64,000 nt of DNA. It comes from Sedimentisphaerales bacterium. Its GTDB lineage: Bacteria; Planctomycetota; Phycisphaerae; Sedimentisphaerales; Anaerobacaceae. Shown piece after piece: positions 58,508 to 64,000 of this stretch. The stretch covers positions 256,001 through 320,000 of the forward strand of contig OY970194.1 of assembly GCA_963708075.1 (NCBI GenBank), given 5' to 3'. Both the position numbers and the translations under genes were made by a program. Position 1 is the stretch's first letter. Each line of letters starts with the position of its first letter. The notes below the pieces were generated by a model. That model did not search any database. It was not told where the DNA came from and saw nothing but the letters and a program-made list of their open reading frames with translations.

Positions 58508-60658
58508 ATGATGCCCCAGGGCGAAAAGATGAGTCTTGTGCGAATTTCTGTCCTGCCGTGTTTGCTTATGCTGCTGGCGGCAAACGGGCGGGCCGCTGTG
58601 ACAGGCGTCGAGAGTGATTCTCTTCGTGTGCAGGTCAAACCTGAGACTGGCCAGTGGACGCTGCTGGATAAACGTTCCAACGTGCAGTGGCCGTCTGACG
58701 GCGTGGCAAGTCCCGGCGGGGCGGTTTCCTTCTCGCTCCTGGATGGAGGGCGGGCCGTGGAGGTGCGGTATGAGAACGCCGGCGATGAGACGCTCCACGT
58801 TCTCGCCGATGTCCTGGCGATCACGGATGCAGAGGACGGATACGTGATTGTCCCCAGCCGCGAGGGGCTTCTGATCCCGGTCAAGAACGATAAGGCGTTC
58901 AGTCGCGAGTTCGGGGCATCCGAGTACGAAGGCTGCCATATGAACATGCTCGGATTCGTCAAAGCGGGCTCCGCCCTGATCGCCACATGGGATGACTCAT
59001 ACACATTTCCCAATATCGAGAGAACTGTATCGGCAGACCGGCACAAACTGACGACCACCTTTGCACTTCGCCGTAGTGCAAGGCTTGTTCGACTGATGCC
59101 GCTGGGCAAGGGCGATTGGAACACCATCGCCTCGGAGTATCGGCGCTATGCGGAAGGGCGGGGGCTTGCCGTGACCCTGCGCGACAAGATCAAACGCGAT
59201 CCGCACGTGGAACGCATGGTCGGGGCATCGAACGCCAAGCTCTGGACGTGCCTGGACCGTCGGATGAACGAGGAGAGTACGGCCGAGGAGTCGGTGAAGG
59301 TCCATTGGACATTCGATGAGGCCGCCCGGATCGCCGAGCACCTGCGCAAGGACCTGGCGATCGAGCGATGCTTCTTCATGATGGGCGGCTGGACGGAAGG
59401 GGGGTACGACGTCCGCCATCCCGATAACCTGCCGGCCAATCCCGAGTGCGGCGGCAACGAGGCCCTCGCCGACGCGGTGAAACGAATCCAGGCGTTGAAC
59501 TACGTGGGCTGCCTGCACGACAACGTCCAGGACATGTACCGCGACGCCAAGAGTTGGAACCCGGATTTCATCGAGAAAAAGGCGGACGGCTCCCTGATCG
59601 CAGGTGGCCGGTGGCTCGGCGGTCGGGCGTATATGGTCTGCGCTCCGAAGCAGTTGGAGCTGGCCCAGCGGACTCAGAACCTGTCCGCTATTCACGACCT
59701 GTTCTCGCCCTGGGCGTACTTCATCGACACCACGTACGCCGTGCCCCCGCGCGAATGTCACGATCCCAAGCATCCGATCGGCCGCAACGATGACATCGCG
59801 TGGAAGACTCGCCTGAGCGATTACGGCCGGAACCTGTTCGGCATCTTCGGCAGCGAGTGCGGCCGGGAGTGGGCGCTGCCGCACAGTGATTTCTTCGAGG
59901 GCCTCGTCGGCGTCAGCGGCCACTACTATCATCAACTCAAGCCCGAGGAACTCGGGGCCCAGGTCATCCCATTCTTCGAGATGGTCTACCACGATTGCCA
60001 AGTGTGCTATGGCAAGTACGGCTATCGTGCCGAGGAAGCGGCGGAGTACGTCGCTCATCACGTCCTCTGTGCCCGGCCACTGCATTACCATTCCTTCCCC
60101 GATCATCTCTACTGGCAATCGATGCCCGAGAGGAAGGCCGATCCATCGGCGGATCGCGCGTGCTACACCCGTAGCGACAACGGCTGGGCCGAGGGTCTGC
60201 ACCCATACGATGTCTTCATCAAGAACACACACGAAGTCTTGGGTGCAATTAACGAGGTCACGGGCTATAGCCGTCTGACGGAATTTCGCTACCTCAACGA
60301 CAACACCGCCGTGCGCCAGGCTGTCTACGGCACAGGCGACGAATCGGTGAAAGTCACCGTCAATTTCGGTCAGGAACCTGCCGAGGTCACCTCGCAGACC
60401 GGTGGTCGCACCGTGCTGCCTCCCTGGGGCTTCCTCGCCGAAGGCCCTCGCCTGGTCGCCTTCTACGCTACTCACTGGAACGGCCAGGACTACCCCGACG
60501 GCGCCCTGTTCACCCTGCGCCCAATCGACGCCAAGACGAACCTGAAGCAAGCCGAATCCGTCCGCATCTTCCACGCCTTCGGCCCGGCAACCCTCGCATG
60601 GCAGGGCAAGTCCTACGAGATCAAACGCGAGGAAGTGATCAAACCGACCGTTCAATGA
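58508..60658 (+). CDS. Secreted glycoside-hydrolase-like protein (DUF5696/GH101-GH129-like)
   Basis: Signal peptide; GWTEGGYDVRHPD, LHDNVQDMY, YFIDTT, FGSECG, IPFFEMVYHD. Confidence 0.65.
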   Translation: MMPQGEKMSLVRISVLPCLLMLLAANGRAAVTGVESDSLRVQVKPETGQWTLLDKRSNVQWPSDGVASPGGAVSFSLLDGGRAVEVRYENAGDETLHVLADVLAITDAEDGYVIVPSREGLLIPVKNDKAFSREFGASEYEGCHMNMLGFVKAGSALIATWDDSYTFPNIERTVSADRHKLTTTFALRRSARLVRLMPLGKGDWNTIASEYRRYAEGRGLAVTLRDKIKRDPHVERMVGASNAKLWTCLDRRMNEESTAEESVKVHWTFDEAARIAEHLRKDLAIERCFFMMGGWTEGGYDVRHPDNLPANPECGGNEALADAVKRIQALNYVGCLHDNVQDMYRDAKSWNPDFIEKKADGSLIAGGRWLGGRAYMVCAPKQLELAQRTQNLSAIHDLFSPWAYFIDTTYAVPPRECHDPKHPIGRNDDIAWKTRLSDYGRNLFGIFGSECGREWALPHSDFFEGLVGVSGHYYHQLKPEELGAQVIPFFEMVYHDCQVCYGKYGYRAEEAAEYVAHHVLCARPLHYHSFPDHLYWQSMPERKADPSADRACYTRSDNGWAEGLHPYDVFIKNTHEVLGAINEVTGYSRLTEFRYLNDNTAVRQAVYGTGDESVKVTVNFGQEPAEVTSQTGGRTVLPPWGFLAEGPRLVAFYATHWNGQDYPDGALFTLRPIDAKTNLKQAESVRIFHAFGPATLAWQGKSYEIKREEVIKPTVQ

Positions 60659-60759
60659 CCGAAAGCCCGCACACGTAGCCCGGAAGGTAGTACGATATGG
60701 TGTGCAGGCCGCATGATCGTGCCTGGCCTGCAACGTACTAACGTGCGTGGGGATGGCGA

Positions 60760-61335
60760 ATGAGCAAGGGGCGGATGGAAGCGTTCAGCGACGGCGTGAT
60801 TGCCATCCTCATCACTATCATGGTACTGGGATTGACGGTGCCGCATGAAGCCGGCGTGGCTGCACTGCGTTCGCTGATCCCGGTCTTTCTGAGCTACGTG
60901 CTCAGCTTCGTCTTCCTTGGCATCTACTGGAACAACCACCATCACCTGCTTCATGCGATTCAGCACGTGGATGGCCGGGTTCTCTGGGCGAACCTGCATC
61001 TGCTGTTCTGGTTATCGCTGATCCCTTTTGTCACCGGTTGGATGGGGGAGAATCGATTTGCCCCGTGGCCGGTCGCGTTCTACGGCGTGGTGCTGCTCCT
61101 GGCGGCGGTCGCGTACTTCATCCTCACCCGGGCCCTCATCGCCCTTCACGGCCGGGACTCTATTCTCGCCACGGCCGTCGGCCGGGACTTCAAGGGCAAG
61201 GTCTCGATGGCGCTCTATCTCGCCGCCATTCCCCTGGCCTTCGTGGACTCCTGGCTTTCCTGCGCCCTGTATGTCCTCGTAGCCGTCATGTGGCTCATCC
61301 CCGACCCCCGCATCGAGAGAACTCTGTATGAGTGA
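60760..61335 (+). CDS. TMEM175 (DUF1211) family potassium channel
   Basis: RMEAFSDGVIAILITIMVL signature, YWNNHHH; 6 TM. Confidence 0.92.
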   Translation: MSKGRMEAFSDGVIAILITIMVLGLTVPHEAGVAALRSLIPVFLSYVLSFVFLGIYWNNHHHLLHAIQHVDGRVLWANLHLLFWLSLIPFVTGWMGENRFAPWPVAFYGVVLLLAAVAYFILTRALIALHGRDSILATAVGRDFKGKVSMALYLAAIPLAFVDSWLSCALYVLVAVMWLIPDPRIERTLYE

Positions 61336-61400
61336 TGCGAGCGATGACTCCAGACGGTTTACTGGGGGAACTGGGCTGCGGATTTATGACGGACCGTGAA

Positions 61401-61472
61401 AGCGGCTGATGGGATTCGAACCCACAACGTCCACCTTGGGAAGGTGGCACTCTACCGTTGAGTTACAGCCGC
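61401..61472 (-). tRNA. tRNA-Gly (CCC)
   Basis: GCGGCTGTAACTCAACGGTAGAGTGCCACCTTCCCAAGGTGGACGTTGTGGGTTCGAATCCCATCAGCCGCT; CCACC/GGTGG anticodon stem; CCA not encoded. Confidence 0.96.
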
Positions 61473-61500
61473 ATATTGCCGTGTTCAGTGTTCAGGAGTG

Positions 61501-61529
61501 ATTCTATGCGCCCCCTGGCAGCCTGTCAA
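61501..61529 (-). promoter_or_regulatory. Sigma70 promoter of tRNA-Gly
   Basis: TTGACA-N17-TAGAAT on minus strand. Confidence 0.8.
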
Positions 61530-61552
61530 CTGGAAAACCAGAGGACCGGGCT

Positions 61553-61580
61553 TTGAAATTCATGTTTCGACGGGTATAAT
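61553..61580 (+). promoter_or_regulatory. Sigma70 promoter of GH5 gene
   Basis: TTGAAA-N16-TATAAT. Confidence 0.65.
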
Positions 61581-61646
61581 GGCGGTGTAGGAACGTGGGT
61601 GGGAAAGGCTCTCACCCCAATGGGGCTCGTTGAGGAGGAGAAACGC

Positions 61647-63317
61647 ATGAGATTGCGTATTGCAGCAGCGATGATGGCGGTCGGCGTCATTTGTACGTGC
61701 GGCCGGGTGGGGGCTGCTGCCGGCAGCGAGCTTCCGTTCCATCGGGGGGTGAATCTGACGAATTGGCTGCAGGCCGGCAGCACCCGGCAGATTCAGTTCA
61801 CCAAGTACACGAAGCAGGACCTCATCAACATCAAGAGCCTGGGCTGCGACGTGATCCGGCTGCCCATCAACCTGCATTACATGACGGACGGCGAGCCCAA
61901 CTACACGGTCGATCCGCTGTTCTTCTATTTCCTGGACCAGATCGTCGATTGGTGCGAGGAACTGGAACTGCACCTGATCCTCGACAACCACACGTTCGAT
62001 GTGGCCTCCAGCACCGATTCGAACGTCGATAAGGTCCTGGTGCCGATCTGGACGCAGATGGCGGAGCACTACAAGGACCGTTCGACACGTCTTTACTACG
62101 AGATCCTCAACGAGCCGCACGGAATTGCCGACGCCAGGTGGGGCCAGATTCAGCAGAAGGTGATCGACGCCATTCGGGCTGTCGACCAAACGCATACGAT
62201 CGTTGTCACCGGAGCAGGGTGGGGCAGCTACAACAACCTCAAATACCTGCCTGTGTATACGGACCAGAACCTGCTCTACTCGTTCCACTTCTACGATCCC
62301 TTCCTGTTCACCCATCAGGGGGCCGGTTGGACGGACCCATCCATGGTCCCGCTGGCCGGCGTGCCGTTTCCATACAATTCCCGCTATATGCCCGCATGTC
62401 CGAAGGAGCTGAAGGGGACGTGGGTGCAGAGCGCTCTGAACTCGTACAAAAGCGACGGCACGGTGACCCGTGTGCGGCAACTCATCAAGGTGGCAATCGA
62501 CTTTAGCAACCAGAGGCAGGTGCCCGTGTTCTGCGGCGAGTTCGGCGTGTACATGCAAAACAGCGAGGGCGGTCAGCGGGTCTATTGGTATGAGATCGTC
62601 CGCACGTATCTTGAAGACAATGGCGTCCCGTGGACAAGCTGGGATTACCAAGGCGGCTTTGGCCTGTTCAAGGCCGGAACGAACGAGCTGTTCGAGCACG
62701 ATTTGAACGTCGGTGTGGTCGGGGCCCTGGGTCTGACCGCGCCGGAGCAGACGCCGTTCGTTATGACCCCGGACCTCGCAGGCTTCGATATCTACACCGA
62801 CTACATCGCTCCGATGGTTCGAGACGCCACCTGGATTGGCAAAGGGACCGTGGACTACTACAGTGACGCCCAGCCGGCGGTGGGCGACTACTGCATTTAC
62901 TGCACGGGGATCGATCGCTACAATGCCATCGCGTTCGATTTCAAGCCGGACAAGGACCTCACGCAGCTTGTGCAAAAGGGCTGCACGCTCGATTTCTGGG
63001 TGCGCGGCAACTCACCGGGGGCACGCTTCGACATCCGATTCCTCGACACGAAGACCACCGATCCGAAGGACCATCCCTGGCGCATGCGCACAACCATTGA
63101 CCAGACAAAAGCCGCCTGGGACGGCCAGTGGCACCACGTGCAGATTCCGCTCAAAGACTTCAGAGAGCACGGCTCATGGGATAACAACGCATGGCTCAAC
63201 CCACAGGGTCTTTTCGACTGGGCGGCCGTGGATCGTTTGGAGATCGTGTCCGAGCACCATGCTTTCACCGGCATGGACTTCTGGTTCGATGACATCCGTA
63301 TCGCAGGCGCGCGGTAG
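61647..63317 (+). CDS. Glycoside hydrolase family 5 (endoglucanase-like) with C-terminal CBM11-like domain
   Basis: RGVNL, IRLPI, ILDNH, ILNEP, FHFYDP, CGEFG, WDY; GAGGAG RBS. Confidence 0.92.
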   Translation: MRLRIAAAMMAVGVICTCGRVGAAAGSELPFHRGVNLTNWLQAGSTRQIQFTKYTKQDLINIKSLGCDVIRLPINLHYMTDGEPNYTVDPLFFYFLDQIVDWCEELELHLILDNHTFDVASSTDSNVDKVLVPIWTQMAEHYKDRSTRLYYEILNEPHGIADARWGQIQQKVIDAIRAVDQTHTIVVTGAGWGSYNNLKYLPVYTDQNLLYSFHFYDPFLFTHQGAGWTDPSMVPLAGVPFPYNSRYMPACPKELKGTWVQSALNSYKSDGTVTRVRQLIKVAIDFSNQRQVPVFCGEFGVYMQNSEGGQRVYWYEIVRTYLEDNGVPWTSWDYQGGFGLFKAGTNELFEHDLNVGVVGALGLTAPEQTPFVMTPDLAGFDIYTDYIAPMVRDATWIGKGTVDYYSDAQPAVGDYCIYCTGIDRYNAIAFDFKPDKDLTQLVQKGCTLDFWVRGNSPGARFDIRFLDTKTTDPKDHPWRMRTTIDQTKAAWDGQWHHVQIPLKDFREHGSWDNNAWLNPQGLFDWAAVDRLEIVSEHHAFTGMDFWFDDIRIAGAR

Positions 63318-63326
63318 AAACCCTTC

Positions 63327-64000
63327 CTATCGTGCGGCGGGACGCGGACATTCGTTGACGAATTTGAGGGCCTTGTCCATAAGGATTTCGCCGGTCATCT
63401 CGCCCAGGCTTGTCCGGGTGATGTAGTTGTACCGCTCGAAGCTGTTCCAGTCGACCTTGGCGAGGATGTAGCCGAAGGCATCGTTCGTCAGCCCGAGGAG
63501 CAGGTTGTGTTCGCCATGCATCTTGCGCTTCAGATAGTAGCCGATGTTCGGCAGGGCCTCGCCGGGAATGGTGAGCATCTGAGCGCTTGCCAGATTGATC
63601 ACGTTGACCTGTGTGGCCACGATCCCTCGCTCATCCATCTTGAAGCCGAGCGGCGACAGCTTCACGACCATTCGCATTACTTCGTTCTCGATGGGGAACT
63701 CAATGACCGTGTTCGCGCAGAACAGTGGGGGATTCTCGATGGCAGGGGCGTCGGCGACGATCCGCAAGGCTTCATCCGCCAGGAGATTTCCGATGCGGAT
63801 GCATTCGTCCCAGGTCTGGACGTCCTTGCCGTTCGGCCCACGACAGTCGGCAGTCACCATGCCGCCGAGGGCGCCGTTCATGAAGATCCCGGTACCGGCC
63901 TTTCGCTCCTCGATCCGGTCGTACAGCGGGCCGACGAAATCGGGGCTCATGATCTTCTGATCAGGGCCGATGATCTCGGGATGGCACGCGTAATTGACGA
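63327..64000 (-). CDS. Neutral/alkaline ceramidase-like protein, C-terminal part (5' end outside window)
   Basis: Frame open to window end: VNYACHPE..SPDF..NGALGG..IPGE..GLTNDAFGYI. Confidence 0.6.
   Translation of the reverse strand, partial: VNYACHPEIIGPDQKIMSPDFVGPLYDRIEERKAGTGIFMNGALGGMVTADCRGPNGKDVQTWDECIRIGNLLADEALRIVADAPAIENPPLFCANTVIEFPIENEVMRMVVKLSPLGFKMDERGIVATQVNVINLASAQMLTIPGEALPNIGYYLKRKMHGEHNLLLGLTNDAFGYILAKVDWNSFERYNYITRTSLGEMTGEILMDKALKFVNECPRPAAR

Noticed and set aside
61401..61472. tRNA-Gly as integration site of a genomic island
   Set aside because: No integrase and no duplicated tRNA 3' end seen in the window
1..64000. CRISPR array or cas genes
   Set aside because: No regularly spaced direct repeats with unique spacers; repeats found are palindromic REP/MITE types

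Overview
High-GC bacterial chromosome segment. Prepilin-type N-terminus, PEP-CTERM and dockerin-like proteins, LamG/CBM9 secreted protein and a MoxR-VWA cluster suggest a Planctomycetota (Phycisphaerae/Sedimentisphaerales-like) anaerobe; this is inference. Main blocks: (1) astacin-type protease, orphan histidine kinase and a large secreted TPR/CBM9/LamG protein behind an OmpR/PhoB-style direct-repeat promoter; (2) a six-gene respiratory operon: ~15-heme cytochrome c, CxxC-less redoxin-TPR protein, low-potential Rieske, b6-type split cytochrome b with an enlarged subunit IV, and a membrane-anchored pentaheme cytochrome c; (3) carbohydrate enzymes, a multi-TM serpin, a sphingomyelin-synthase-like PAP2 protein and a xylonate dehydratase/aldolase/FGGY kinase cluster; (4) a ~24 kb co-directional cluster with MoxR, DUF58, two VWA proteins, an ABC exporter with four full and one deleted permease paralogs, and an Fe3+-type importer whose permease is fused to an NHL propeller; (5) TMEM175 K+ channel, tRNA-Gly(CCC), GH5. 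Non-coding DNA contains two intact MITEs with TIRs and target duplications, a probable MITE scar, and several GTAG-type REP doublets, one of them translated inside a cytochrome gene. At least five single-site frameshifts look like long-read indel errors, and one creates a false gene fusion. All family assignments are from motif recognition by eye, with no database search.
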